This document shows positions 33,584 to 64,000 of a DNA stretch of 64,000 bases, piece by piece. Below the pieces are notes generated by a model, which saw only the letters and a program-made list of their open reading frames with translations, was not told the origin of the DNA and made no database searches. Positions within the stretch are counted from its first letter, which is position 1; every line of letters begins with the position of its first letter. This DNA comes from Flaccisagitta enflata (Eukaryota), in NCBI GenBank assembly GCA_965153355.1, contig OZ231126.1:14446001-14510000 (forward strand), written 5' to 3'. Made by a program: the position numbers and the translations under genes.

Positions 33584-34011
33584 TATCCATTGTCAAGATA
33601 CCAATGAAATCTCGTCATCTCTCCCATCTCTACATACTCCAATCGCAGTTGGATGTGAAAGTGCATCTTCGAAGGGTCGTTACTAGACTAAAGATTCTTT
33701 TACGGTCCTACCGTTCATGTATTTGCTTTGGTAGAGCATCTATTACAAAAGACGCAAATGAATGCAACTCGAAATGCCTTGTTATGGGAGGCGGCAACGA
33801 CAACGAGATTATGAGCCTGAGATGGCAATATCATCTACCATTACGATCTTGTATTTATTGTTCCATCCATTGCTCTACATGTACATGTACATGTAAACGT
33901 TAATTTTTCATGATGGGCGCAGTGATATTCCGTCATAGATCGTGTACGGCGTTTGTGGATTGAGTTAGCGATGGACACTTAATTGATCAAAAACGCGACG
34001 CCAATTTGACG

Positions 34012-35358
34012 ATGTCTTTTCTCTCACGAACTCCCGCGTTGTTGTCGACGAGATGGACTACCAAGAGTGGATTTTGTGCACGTCTTTCCTCACCTCCGCG
34101 GAACTTTCACGCCGTGGCCAAAGACGTTTTATTGTTCAAAGACGAAAGAAACTTCTTTTATCGCGCGTTGAGTTTTGGAACGACGTTTTTGGGTGTGGCA
34201 GCCATCTATAATGGATTAACGTTTTACAAAGGTATGACATTCTTTTGTTCTTAAGCAAGGGTGGGGGGTTACCAATGTTACACGAGTCTGCCAAGTTGTG
34301 GAAAGTGGCACAATCTGTTGTTCTAACATTGTGCCTGGCAATATGTGATGATGCTCTGTGATGTGTGCAACAATTTATCCTATATACTATATACTAGGGG
34401 TCTCTTTGGTTTTGCAAACTGACTGGTTGTCTCTGTACTTACTACTTAGCATTAATTATAAACATTGTTCTATTTCTGACCCCCATTTGCACGCTAGGTT
34501 CTGTCGGGATGGCGCGGCGATTTGATCGAGCCAAGTTTGCGGCCAAGCCCAATTTAGCTTTAGACGACGATTCAGTAGATTCAACGTGGTGGACTCGTTA
34601 CAAAGCTCGAATATATCGTTTCGTGTCCGGAGATCGAATTCGTTACGCCGTTACGGCATTCATGATTTTCTTCGGCGCAATTTGTCTCATTGGATCCATC
34701 CTCATCCCAATCCGATGCGTTCATCGGTATGAAAAGAGCATAATGCTATCGACAAATATCTAGCATGCGTAGATTCGGACAGTGTGTATGTGTGTATTTT
34801 TTAGTTTTATTTGCGCGTTTGCTTTGCGCGTTTGCTTTGGCATGGTCTAGTGTATTGATCTTGCAATTTCAAAGTGTAACGGAAATCCGCCTAGAACACA
34901 AGAATTTTGGGCTCATGTGATGTTTTATTTGGAAATTCGCCTGACATGTTTCATATTTGCCAGTCTATTGAAATCGTGTGTGTGTGTGTGCGTGTGTTAG
35001 TGTGTGTGTGTGCGTGTTGGTGTGTGTGTGTGTTGGTGTGCGTGTTGGACTGTTGGTGCGTGTGTGTGTGTGTGTGTGTGTGCGTCAGTGTGTGTGCGTT
35101 AGTGTGTGTGTGTTGGTGTGTGTGAGTGTGTGTGTGACTGTGTGTGTGGGTGTGTGTGTGTGTGTGTTGGACTGTTGGTTTGTGTGTGTGTGTGTTGGTG
35201 TGTGTGTGTTGGTGTGTGTGTGTTGGTGTGTGTGTTGGTGTGTGTGTGTTGGTTTCTGTGTTGGTGTGTGTTGGTGTGGGTGTGTGTGTTGGACTGTTGG
35301 TTTGTGTGTGTGTTGGTGTGTGTGTGTGTGTGTTGGTGTGTGTGTGTGTGTGTGTGTT

Positions 35359-35398
<40 letters not shown>

Positions 35399-36668
35399 GG
35401 TGTGTGTGTGTTGGTGTGTGTGTGTTGGTGTGTGTGTGTTGGTGTGTGTGTGTTGGTGGGTGTGTGTTGGTGGGTGTGTGTTGGTGGGTGTGTGTTGGTG
35501 GGTGTGTGTTGGTGGGTGTGTGTTGGTGGGTGTGTGTTGGTGGGTGTGTGTTGGTGGGTGTGTGTGGGTGTGTGTGTTGGTGTGTGTGTTGGTGGGTATG
35601 TGTGCGTGTCCCTGATGTGTATCGCAATTCGTCTTATTCATTGTCTTTCCCGTGCCACTGAATCATTTCTGATTTCTCGTATCCCACGCAGAATGTCGCT
35701 TTTGCAAGGAGGCAGTCGGGTGTCGATAACGACCTTTGGCCCTTACGGTTTTCCGAGACAGCGCGAGGTAAGTTCATGTGATACTTGTGTTAGTCTTCAG
35801 TGGGACGCGATTTGATAGATTAGGAGGTGATATGGTGGGAGCTTGAACCAAAACTATGAGCAATGACCATTGTTTCGAATGTCGAAGGGGTAGCCTACAA
35901 AGACCCACTCTTGTCTCGAGTTTCTTTCTTCAAATTGTAATAATTGACATTTATTTCTCAGTTTCGCGTTGACGATGTGTCGGCTGCTGTGGCAAGGAAA
36001 TCTTATTACACTTCAATCCCGTTGAAAGTCAAAGGTATGTCCACGATTTACGCATGGACGCAAAATAGAACGTGATGTGGCGAAAAAAATAGCACACCCC
36101 CCCTTCAACCATATTAAGTGATTAAAATTTTTTATTGAAAGTCATTTTGAGTAATTAAGGGGAATACAAATGGTGTTATCAGAGCGATTTTTGAGATTGT
36201 AGCTAAAACTTTAAAATTTATCACTTTTACTCATGAAATATATTTTTTAAAAAAGTCAAGAAAATAGAGTAAAAATTGATCAATTTCAAGGTTCTAGGTA
36301 CAATCTCAAAATTCTCTTTGATGACGGCATTCATATTCTCCTTAGTCACTCAAAACAACTTTTAAAAAGAATTATCATTCGACATTTCATTCAATCGGTT
36401 GTAGGGGGGGTGCTAAAACTTTTGGCGCCTCATCACACTTGCACTAACTGTATTTTGCGTCCATGTGTAGTTTAATAAGTTCATTTTGTCCCGGAATGCT
36501 GCCGTTTGGCTTGTGCCGAAAGAGCTTCAACAACACAACTTTATATTTTATATTTGCTTTATATCAGGTGTTTACCCTGGCTTCCGCTTGGATAACCAAA
36601 ACGGCAAGTTCACCAACACAGCCCTTTTCGACGATGTTGTCAGCATCCAAAAGATTTTCAGAAACTGA
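34012..36668 (+). CDS. TMEM223: Mitochondrial membrane protein TMEM223; ~232 aa; exons 34012-34231, 34498-34726, 35692-35767, 35962-36034, 36568-36668
   Basis: Presequence, KDVLLFKDERNFFY, two TM segments, LLQGGSRVSITTFGP, IPLKVKG..FRLDNQNGKFTNTALFDDVV; frame preserved (699 nt). Confidence 0.85.
34976..35610. repeat. (GT)n / GTTGGT compound microsatellite
   Basis: Visible in TMEM223 intron 2. Confidence 0.95.
36072..36436. mobile_element. MITE
   Basis: GTGATGTGGCGAAAAAAATAGCACACCCCCCTTCAACC / GGTTGTAGGGGGGGTGCTAAAACTTTTGGCGCCTCATCAC, plus an internal inverted block. Confidence 0.65.
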
Positions 36669-37783
36669 ATCGTTGTCAGTTCATTTCTATGGTCACGCGA
36701 AATATTAAGTGACCATAAGTTTTGCCCCTCTCGTTTCATCCAAAATACAATTTGACTTACAGTGCATTGTTATTTATATTCCGTTGTTAAACTTAGACTG
36801 CAGATAAATTCTTTGCTCCCTGAAATTCAACTTTCATTTGTGTTTCTAAGGGATGTCCAAGAAAATGATTACAAGCATAGTAAACTCAAATCCTTTTTTA
36901 GGCAGTTTGACCAGGAGCTAGCTAACAGTAGAAGGGCAATAGTTCAAATGAGCCTAGTCATGACCTGTAGTATGCCTCGTTAATTTGGAATAAATAATGA
37001 TCCCATGTGTAGGCGAAGAAATGGCCTAATGAATGCGGTAAATATCACCGGGAAATAAGTCGAAGTCAGTCTTCGACTTTTTGACATATACGGGAGAAAT
37101 ATGGTTTTCATTTTCTTATGTGGAAGTTGAGCATCTCCACCGTGCGAATGTGGCCTCCAATGAAATCTATGGGGTAGGTAAATTTGAAAATTCTTTCATT
37201 TGGCGCCAAGCAGAATGCTCTACGGCAAATATTTTTCGCGTTGTGAATTTTTAAAGATTTATTTACAAAAAATTCATTATGAATTTTTTTCGATTTTTTA
37301 TGATTTTTAGCAGGATCAATAAAGCAGTGTATTTAAGTTTGTTTGAGCATGCAATTACATGAAAACATTTTTATGAGCATATCTGCTCATCTTTGAGGGT
37401 ATTTCTGAGCATTTTAGCTCATTTAGCTCAGTCTGTTTTTCAGATTTAAAATGCTATAAATAAATAAATGTTTTGATATATGTTTGAGCATGCAAATACA
37501 AGAAAGCATGTCTGTGAGCAGAGTTGCTTATCTGTGAGGGTGTTTTTGAGTATTATAGCTCATTTAGCTCAATTTTTTTCTGATTTCGTTTCAGTCTTTT
37601 TTTCTGATTTAACTTAAGTCTTTTTTTCTGAATTTGAATAGGACAAATAAAAAGCTCATTTAGCTTAATTAGGTCAATCTTTTTTAATCTCATTTCAAAT
37701 GTGATCATTAAAGAAATGTTATATATCTTTTTTTTTTCTGATTTTTGATGGGATAAATAAATGCTTTGATATGAGCGTGTAAA

Positions 37784-38133
37784 TTACGTCCCATGAAGCG
37801 CCCCAAACTTTGACTCTGGCTCACACCAATCTTACCACAGTTGAGGCTAGGTAAAAAAATATTCCATGCAAAATTTTAGGCCTCTGAGATAGCAGGAACC
37901 TTCGTTAGGGTGAGGTTAAGGTTTGTATTGAATTAGCATTGCAATCAATATTTCTATTATGCAAATTTTGTTTCTGCCATAGATTTCTATGGAAACTTCA
38001 TAGTCACCCTAACAAAGGTTCCTGCAATTCCAGAGGCTTGAAATTTTGCATGGGATATTTTTTTACCAAGCCTCAACCATGGTAAGATTGGTGAGAGTCA
38101 GCGTCAAAGTTTGGGGCGCTTCATGGGATGTAA
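37784..38133. mobile_element. Foldback MITE with ~135-bp TIRs inserted into a degenerate ~130-bp tandem repeat (~37320-38230)
   Basis: TTACGTCCCATGAAGCGCCCCAAACTTTGAC ... GTCAAAGTTTGGGGCGCTTCATGGGATGTAA; flanks read as a perfect 6-bp TSD (TGTAAA) or as an 8-bp TSD with one mismatch. Confidence 0.85.
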
Positions 38134-38479
38134 TGTAAATTCAAGAAAGCACATCAGTGAGCATAGCTGGTTGTCTGGTTGAGTGATTTTGAGCATTTTA
38201 GCTCATTTGGCTCAGTCCTATTTTTCTCTGATTTTCAGTGCGATCAATACATACAATTGCTCTTGATTTGATTTAATAAAAAAAAAGATTTGCAGTGACT
38301 AACGATAAAAGCTTGGTAAAAAGTGACCAACGCTTACGACTTTTTTCCTCACGGCGACTGCCGCCATTACTGGTAAATCGTGCGAGCGACAAGAGCGACT
38401 GCACTGGTAGATTAGATGAGAATTCTGAAAAGCTTTTGGTCAAAGCGTGGTGGTGGGAACTGCTCTATGCAAAGTCGCC

Positions 38480-38983
38480 GGTACCCGTTGCCCTGCTTTT
38501 CATGACAGAGAATTTGGGTGAGGGGAAGCAGGGCAGCGGTCTTCGAAAGGGATAAAGTCCTGTAGATCACGGGATTTTTGCTCGTCCTGCTTAAGATAAT
38601 TGGTGAGGCACTGAGGAGTGCCGATTGAAGGCGTTTGATGGCCTGAATGCCTATTTAAGGGCTGATGAGAATAGTCGGTGGTTTCAAGCTTGAGTGGGCA
38701 TATTTGAGGTCGGATAGTAGGTTAAAGGCCAGATAGGGGGCCTGATTTGAGGCTTGAGAGGCCTGATTTCAGGTTCAAGAGGGCTGATTTGAGGTCTGAG
38801 AGGCCTGAGAGACCCAATTTAAGGCTTGATAGGCCAGATTTGAGGCCTGATAGGTTTTATTTGAGACTCGTGAGGCCTTAAAATTTGAGGCCAGTGGGGG
38901 TGACGAACAAACTGTCAAATGGACGAATGTAAATCCATCTGTGTTCTACAGGACATCGTCCCCTTCGGCGCCGCTGCCCAAAA
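38480..38983 (-). mobile_element. Family C Helentron/DINE-like element
   Basis: Reverse-complement match to 7143-7793 (TGTGTTCTACAGGAC..GCCGCTGCCCAAAA; GCCTGATTTGAGG units). Confidence 0.7.
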
Positions 38984-39104
38984 CGTACCCTAAAATCCCG
39001 GATAGACGCGAATGGACCTATCGAGTACCGACCGATCTTCGTTCGGAATGGCGTTCACGCAATTGTAAGCCGACCTGCTGACCTTCTTTATCTTCGCCAG
39101 AATC

Positions 39105-39308
39105 TTTTTATGTGCGTCCTCGCACATCTATTGGAGGTCATGTCTGGCAGTTGGTTGGTCCGACACGCAAATGTTAAAACCGCGCGAAACAAACGATTTC
39201 ATTTTCATTCAATCGTTCTTTCATTCATTCGTTCATTCAAAATGTTCATTCATCAAAAACGTCTTTCATTCAGCGAGGCGCACATATTGGCCATAACTTG
39301 GCGTTGTT
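39105..39308 (+). mobile_element. Family B Helentron/DINE-like element
   Basis: TTTTATGTGCGTCCTCGCACAT hairpin; (TTCA)n; 3' CGAGGCGCACATATTGGCCATAACTTGGCGTTGTT. Confidence 0.65.
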
Positions 39309-40218
39309 GCATTGAAAGGAAACGATCTCGTGTTGCCTGACTTGAGCCTCTAACACGGAAAATTGAAGTTGAAAATGCAAGTTGCCGAGTGCCGACCCGA
39401 TAGCATTTCGATGAGAAAGATCGATTTTCTCTTCCAAGGCCCTCCTCATAGGCTCCCGCCCTCAGTCTATACGTCTAATTCCTTCTCTCCTTCGAAGTTC
39501 GAGCCTTACACTCTCGTACAGTGGCGTTTCGAATTCAAAACATAACAGAGAGGATGGAAAGATGATTCTCGTAAAGATCGAGTCTGAAGTGTAAGAGCAT
39601 TTGATGGATCAGTGTATCTCTAAGCGAAGATGAGAATAGATATTCTCCCCATGTCCTCATTTCCTTAAGCTTAACTCTTTAGTTTTTGGCTTTCAGTCAT
39701 GTCAGGCCCTAATATTGAAGCACAACCAGTTTTAAGCAACTGATGCACATAAAATGACATTAGCTCTTATAGTTTAGGTCACAAGTCCTTGTATCGTACA
39801 GACTTGAAGTCGGATGTTGCGGGGGGGGGGGGGGAAGGGGAAGGGAGGGCGGAAGAGCTCGCAGTGGAAATATGTAGCGATACAACATAAGATTAGGAAG
39901 CCAAAGGGAATGTAAATCCCCGCGCTTAATGGCTCACATTCTTCTGAATTGGGTGTTGGTGGAGAGATGGTCAAGATGTGTGAGGAGTGAGGACGGAAAT
40001 TGTTTCTTTATTGAGTTGCTGCGTTTAAGCCACAATCATTTGATAGCGGATCAAGTCTAACTCAGCGAGGGAAATTGTAAGATGGTCGTCATTGCAGTAC
40101 AAAGTATTACAGTTTCAATGATAATACAATGAGAGCACTGTAGATACTTGGTTTGCTGACACGGGCGAACGCGATGCATTAACTGGTTGTAATGTTGAAT
40201 TTGGTTAATTCTCTGACG

Positions 40219-40470
40219 AACAAGTGACGCGGGGTCATAATATCATTGTGGACGGTTGGGCAGGGTGTCCAACCCTTATCCACACCTCATGCCTTCCCTC
40301 CCCCTCCACAGTAGTTTATTTACATATACCTGAGGCAACAACAACCCAACCGCCCCAAATCCCACCTAAATCACCACCTCTGACACCACAAACCCTTTTC
40401 GACTCATGCTCACGGACGAACTGACGGATGGACAAAGCCTCTCATAAAGTTTTGTGTCCGCGACTAAAAA
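40219..40470 (-). mobile_element. Helentron/DINE-like element related to 41374-41590
   Basis: AACAAGTGACGCGGGGTCATAATAT..GGACGGTTGGGCAGGG is the reverse complement of the 3' end at 41545-41590; ends CGCGACTAAAAA. Confidence 0.65.
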
Positions 40471-40897
40471 TTGTGCAATTGAAATAGATTCACGATAGTT
40501 CGTCGTTCAATTTCACTTCTTGTTGATGAAACTTTAAATTGATCAAAATGATATTTTTATGCTGATAGAAATTTCAACTATGCTGGATACCAGACAAAAA
40601 AGTATTAGCTTGCAGTTGGACAGGAACATCCTTGTGGGTGGGCAGGGGCAATCGTGCTCTAGAAAACTCATTTTGGCGTTTTCTAAAATTATACGTCACC
40701 TATAGAGTAAAGATGGGTTTCATGTTTATGGACTTACCGACGAAAACAAATTTCAAACAGTCGCTCAGCAAGTCACTAGAAATGATAAAACGTCATAGAC
40801 CATTTGCATATTGGGGCTACTGTCTGAGAGAATTTCAAAACAAATCGTTCAAACTCCGTTGTTATGATTAGTTATTGATAATAAGCATTTCGTCTAA

Positions 40898-40904
40898 TAT
40901 AAAA
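40898..40904 (+). promoter_or_regulatory. TATA box of myosin light chain gene 1
   Basis: TATAAAA ~25 nt before an Inr-like TCAGCT and ~90 nt before ATG|GTAAGT. Confidence 0.6.
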
Positions 40905-40987
40905 GGATGCTCTTGCTGTGTTTCAGCTCCTTTGTGCAACCAGCATATGCGTTTTGCGTTACGCGCGGTTGAAAAAAACTTTGCAAC

Positions 40988-45492
<4,505 letters not shown>

Positions 45493-45643
45493 GAATTACA
45501 GACTAAGGATGGAGCTATTCGCTTTGTAAACGTTGTTCTAGAATATTTTGCTGTGCAGGCTGATGTACTTATGAAAGAGGAAAAGAACAAAAACTTTATA
45601 CATTGAGCATTGAACATTGAACAAAGAACATAAGAACTGAGTA

Positions 45644-45817
45644 CAGTGGAGCACCGCTAGAGCGCATCCGCTGATCAGGCATGCCCGCCTATAAGGCATC
45701 TAATTTACAGTCCCCTTAAAGATTTTGTAATTATTTTTATAGTCGCAATAAGGCAGCTTTATTATAAGGAATAATTTAGCCTTGTCCCTTGGCATGCGCT
45801 CTAGTGAAGCTCAACTG
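45644..45817. mobile_element. Short pogo/Tigger-type MITE downstream of the MLC1 stop
   Basis: TA|CAGTGGAGCACCGCTAGAGCGCA ... TGCGCTCTAGTGAAGCTCAACTG|TA. Confidence 0.65.
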
Positions 45818-46047
45818 TAATAACAATAATAAGAATTCAGATAAAAACTCACTTTAAATCATCACATTTTGCGTGTAAAAGGTTTCGACAGCTAGAGCTC
45901 AATTTAGCAAGAAATAGATATAATCTATGGGATATGAGTTTCTTTTGTCCCGTCTGGTCCGATCTATCCGATCAGGCGCTGGATACATATATCCCTCTCT
46001 CTCAGAAAAGGTCTGTTGGAGATAACAGGGTAATCACATTTCAAGTA

Positions 46048-46260
46048 AACAAGGCTGGATACACGGCTACCCCATTTGCGTGCAGATGGGCAGGGGCATT
46101 CATAGAAAAGGTCACTTGGGCAATAGGGTGAGAGCAGTGAGCTCAAAAAGCTCAAATACACGGAGAAAGTAAAAATGCAAAATGGGGCTATTGGGACTAA
46201 CCAACCCAACAACGCGACCGACGGACCAATGCATTGTAGCAGGATGTAGAGTCGCGTAGT
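46048..46260 (-). mobile_element. Family A element
   Basis: AACAAGGCTGGATACACGGCTACCCC..GGGCAGGGGC..GTAGAGTCGCGTAG. Confidence 0.65.
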
Positions 46261-46330
46261 TTGAAACTCGAATTCCATAATGTCTGTAAGACGAGTCCAT
46301 TCCAACATAAGAATTCGGTCGTTGCAGGTT

Positions 46331-50423
<4,093 letters not shown>

Positions 50424-50630
50424 TCAATCCTCGTTCAAAACGGCTTCCAAGAAAATTTTTAACAAATTGTTAGGTTACAAGCGAAATTCTGAATATAACG
50501 ATGGAAAAAAAAACGTCAAATAAATCAGTTATAAGGACAAAGGATTTGAATTTGTTACTGTTAGAGGCGGAATTCTTCGATTAACTGTTAAGGGATCTGT
50601 TTGAGCGGGATTCGAATGTAAACCGACATC

Positions 50631-50736
<106 letters not shown>

Positions 50737-51255
50737 CAGAGACAGAGAGACAGAGAGACAGAGAGATAGACAGAGATGCAGAGAGATAGACAGAGATGCA
50801 GAGACAGACAAACAGACACATACACACCAAGTCCAAGGATAGTCACAGTCAGGAAATTATTCTCCATTTTGAGAATGCCGTGAGAAAGAGGATTTAGAGC
50901 CCAATAAAAATTAACGACTGTCTAAACGCACTACTAGAAAACAAAGATCGGACCAGGGCGGACATGACATCGAGGGGCGTGAATTCTGACCTTTATACGG
51001 AAGAATTACAAAAATCAATCTAGCTTTTTACGGAATAGAATATATGTCTATACATAGAGGTGCTAAAGGTCAGAAGATTCAATTCTCAGTCTGTTTTGGG
51101 AAGAAGGAAATAGATGCCCATCAAAAAGATCAGAACAGAACTAATATTGTGAGATTGGGCAGGAGCGCGAGCAACGTTCTTAACAAGGCCGGAAACTACC
51201 AAAAGACGTTATGCAAACATGTCCGCTTGACGGCTCACCTAACTTAAAGGTATTT

Positions 51256-51579
51256 GAGGCCTGTATATTATTGAGTTCCCCCCCCCCCCCCCCGTGGGGG
51301 GGGGGGGGGGGAAATCAAAGGGTTTGGAAATGGGGAAGGAAATCAAAGGGGAAAAAAGAGAAAATATGAAAATTTGGGGATAATATAACTTTTTACAGTA
51401 CCAAATCATAAAAACTAGTTAGTAAAACACAATTTAACACTACTTAAACCTTAACTACACTGTTTTATCGCTTTATGGGGAAAAAATTATAGATTTTCAA
51501 ATGCCACGCGTCGCGTCGCGGGGAAGAAAATCGAAGGCAGGGGGGAAAATCAAAAGCGACTTAATTATATACAACCCCG
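51256..51579. mobile_element. hAT-like MITE with an 8-bp TSD
   Basis: AGGTATTT|GAGGCCTGTATATTATTGAGT ... ACTTAATTATATACAACCCCG|AGGTATTT; repeated GAAATCAAAG motifs; a related copy starts at ~63960. Confidence 0.65.
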
Positions 51580-51747
51580 AGGTATTTTAATCTAACCGAA
51601 GGCCACACTGACGTACCCTAAAATACTGACGTTCCCTAAAACACCGCCATTAGGGTCAGTTAATCGACTCGATCCCAATCAAACAACAAATCTCAATTTA
51701 CTTATTCTTGTTTCCAACATCATGCACTTTCCTTCAGTCTATTTTCT

Positions 51748-51798
<51 letters not shown>

Positions 51799-51850
51799 CT
51801 CTTTCTTTCTTTCTTTCTTTCTTTCTTTTTTCTTTCTTCCTTTTTTCTCG

Positions 51851-51917
<67 letters not shown>

Positions 51918-52014
51918 TCATTCTTTCATTCTTTCATTCTTTCTGTCTTCCTTCCTTCCCTCCTTCTTTTCATCATTTCTTTCTTTTTTTTCTCTCTTTC
52001 TTTCTATATTTTTT

Positions 52015-52086
<72 letters not shown>

Positions 52087-52276
52087 ACTTTCTTTTTTTC
52101 TCTATTTCTCTGTTTCTCTCATTCTTTCCTTCTTTTTCCCTTTTTTCCCTTTTTCTTTCATTTATTGATTCATTAATACATTTTTTTCTTTCTTTCTCTC
52201 TCTCTTTTTCTCTTTCTCTCTTTCTTTCTTTCTCTCTCTCTTTCTTTCTTTCTTTCCTTCTTTCTTTTTTTCTTTC

Positions 52277-52582
52277 TTTTTGGGCAGCGGCTCCGAAGGG
52301 GACGAAGTTCTGTAGAACACAGCCCTCTCAAGCCTCCAATTGGCATTCTCAGAGCTTGTATCAGCCATCCTGGACCTCTGTTTAGGCTCTTGAAGGCCTT
52401 CAGTCAGCCTTTATAGAATCTCATCCACTTCTTCAGTCAGGACGAACGAAAGTCCCCCTGTGTTCTACAGGACTTCGTCACCTTTGGGGCCGCTGCCCTG
52501 CTTCCCCTCACTCCAATTCACAATCACTTAAAGCAGGGCAACGGGTATCGCTAACCACATATTGCCCTTGGGCGACCTGTTT
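52277..52582 (+). mobile_element. Internally deleted family C element
   Basis: Same 5' GGGCAGCGG..CTGTAGAACAC, inverted copy and 3' TTGCCCTTGGGCGACCTGTT as 7143-7793. Confidence 0.8.
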
Positions 52583-53682
52583 TCTTTTTTTTTTCTTTCT
52601 TTCTTTCCTCATTTTTTGACAGAACTCCTATTTAAGTCCACTTTTGTTCCCCAATTCAGCCGCTCTTTCCTTTTTTCCTCAACCCCATCCCATGCCATTC
52701 CCCCCAACTTTGCTCATTTATACCCTCGTACTAGATTCTATTCGCCCCTCGAAGACCCGATGCTTCTTAGCCCTTGAGCCATTCCGCATTAAAAATATCG
52801 TTTTTCTCATCCATTATCAACTGTGTTATCATTTCGTCTTCGAATATCAACTCCTATCGCTTAGATCGCGGCTGGCAACCCGTTAACACCCAAAAACAAC
52901 CCCAGCCCCACCCCTTTTCTTTTAGCTTCCTTCACATGCGCGTGTCAGTTCTTCGTGTTTTCTTTCTAAATACATTAGTTAACCTGCTCCGCCCCATCTC
53001 TCATCTCTGCCCCTGCATGGAGCCCTACACACCTCCTTTCAGCAAAATTCGCTTATCTTATTCCTCGCCACCCTTTTGTCTCCAGACTCAAACAGGCGCA
53101 CCCCCCCTCCCCCCCCCCAAAAAAAAAAAAAAAAATTGCGCCCAATTTTCCCTACATAGTACGCAACGGCCCTATTCTAAAAACAAGGCCAAGTAGGCCA
53201 ACGGTGCGTCCTCTTTGAATGAACGGTTTTTTTTTGAATGTCATTTATGAATCAAAAGATGATTTAATGAATGAATTACTTAATGTTTGCTACTTTTATT
53301 TGGTTAGAACAATTTTTCTGTTTTATAAATACATGGTTTTGATTTTTTTAATGAATGCTTTACCGACCAACCGACCAACCAAACAAACAACCAACCAACG
53401 GACACCCATGTTCACCCTCACTTATTTTGTCATTTATCCCCTCCATTTACCAGTTCCTGGTTTATTGGAGCCCCCAGCCCTTTAAAACCCCACGTCCCAA
53501 ACAAAATTCGCTCTTTTCCTCGGCAACCGTTTGTCTCATTCGTCTTAACCCCCGCTCGCCCCCCATCTTACCCCCCAAAACAACAAAAATTAAAAATCGC
53601 CTTTCGGCGCGTGTTTTGCCCCAAAGTCTCAAATTTTTAGCTTTCTTCCGTTGTTGTTTGTCTGTGTGTGTTTGAGATTGGG

Positions 53683-53689
53683 TATAAAA
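53683..53689 (+). promoter_or_regulatory. TATA box of myosin light chain gene 2
   Basis: TATAAAA ~85 nt before CAAAAATG|GTGAGT, the same layout as copy 1. Confidence 0.55.
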
Positions 53690-53767
53690 GACGTTTGGGA
53701 TTTCTTCTGATTTTCTTCACCAACGATTTATCTCAAGTCTTGAGCTTCGTCCAAGTCTCCGGCAAAA

Positions 53768-63888
<10,121 letters not shown>

Positions 63889-64000
63889 AAATAATAGAGA
63901 AGAAACAATGAAATAAAAAAGAAGGAAAGAAAAAAAGAAATAAATAAAGCGCATATTTGCAGGCGTGTATTAAGTTGAGTATTCCCCCTCCCCGGTGGGG

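Overview
Gene-dense window from an invertebrate animal genome (GT-AG introns, protostome-type myosin light chains). It is not prokaryotic, and most long ORF-track entries are microsatellite artefacts. Spliced models built by hand give, in order: a stand-alone secreted CLCA/choice-of-anchor-X-like gene (-), a small orphan membrane-protein gene (-), and then seven tightly spaced + strand genes (POLRMT-like, KLHL5-like, SNRNP40, RPP30, CCDC83-like, MICOS10, TMEM223; 164-613 bp between CDSs) that look like a trans-spliced operon. After these come two paralogous myosin essential light chain genes (+) flanking an inverted type II C-type-lectin/SRCR receptor gene (-). Introns and spacers are packed with microsatellites, TA-flanked and 8-bp-TSD MITEs, and Helentron/DINE-like short elements, several of them nested. 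The most striking observation is that the phage-type mitochondrial RNA polymerase keeps its catalytic motifs but appears to lack the promoter-specificity loop and to have a shortened intercalating hairpin and thumb. Comparisons to known proteins are from memory and need alignment to confirm.
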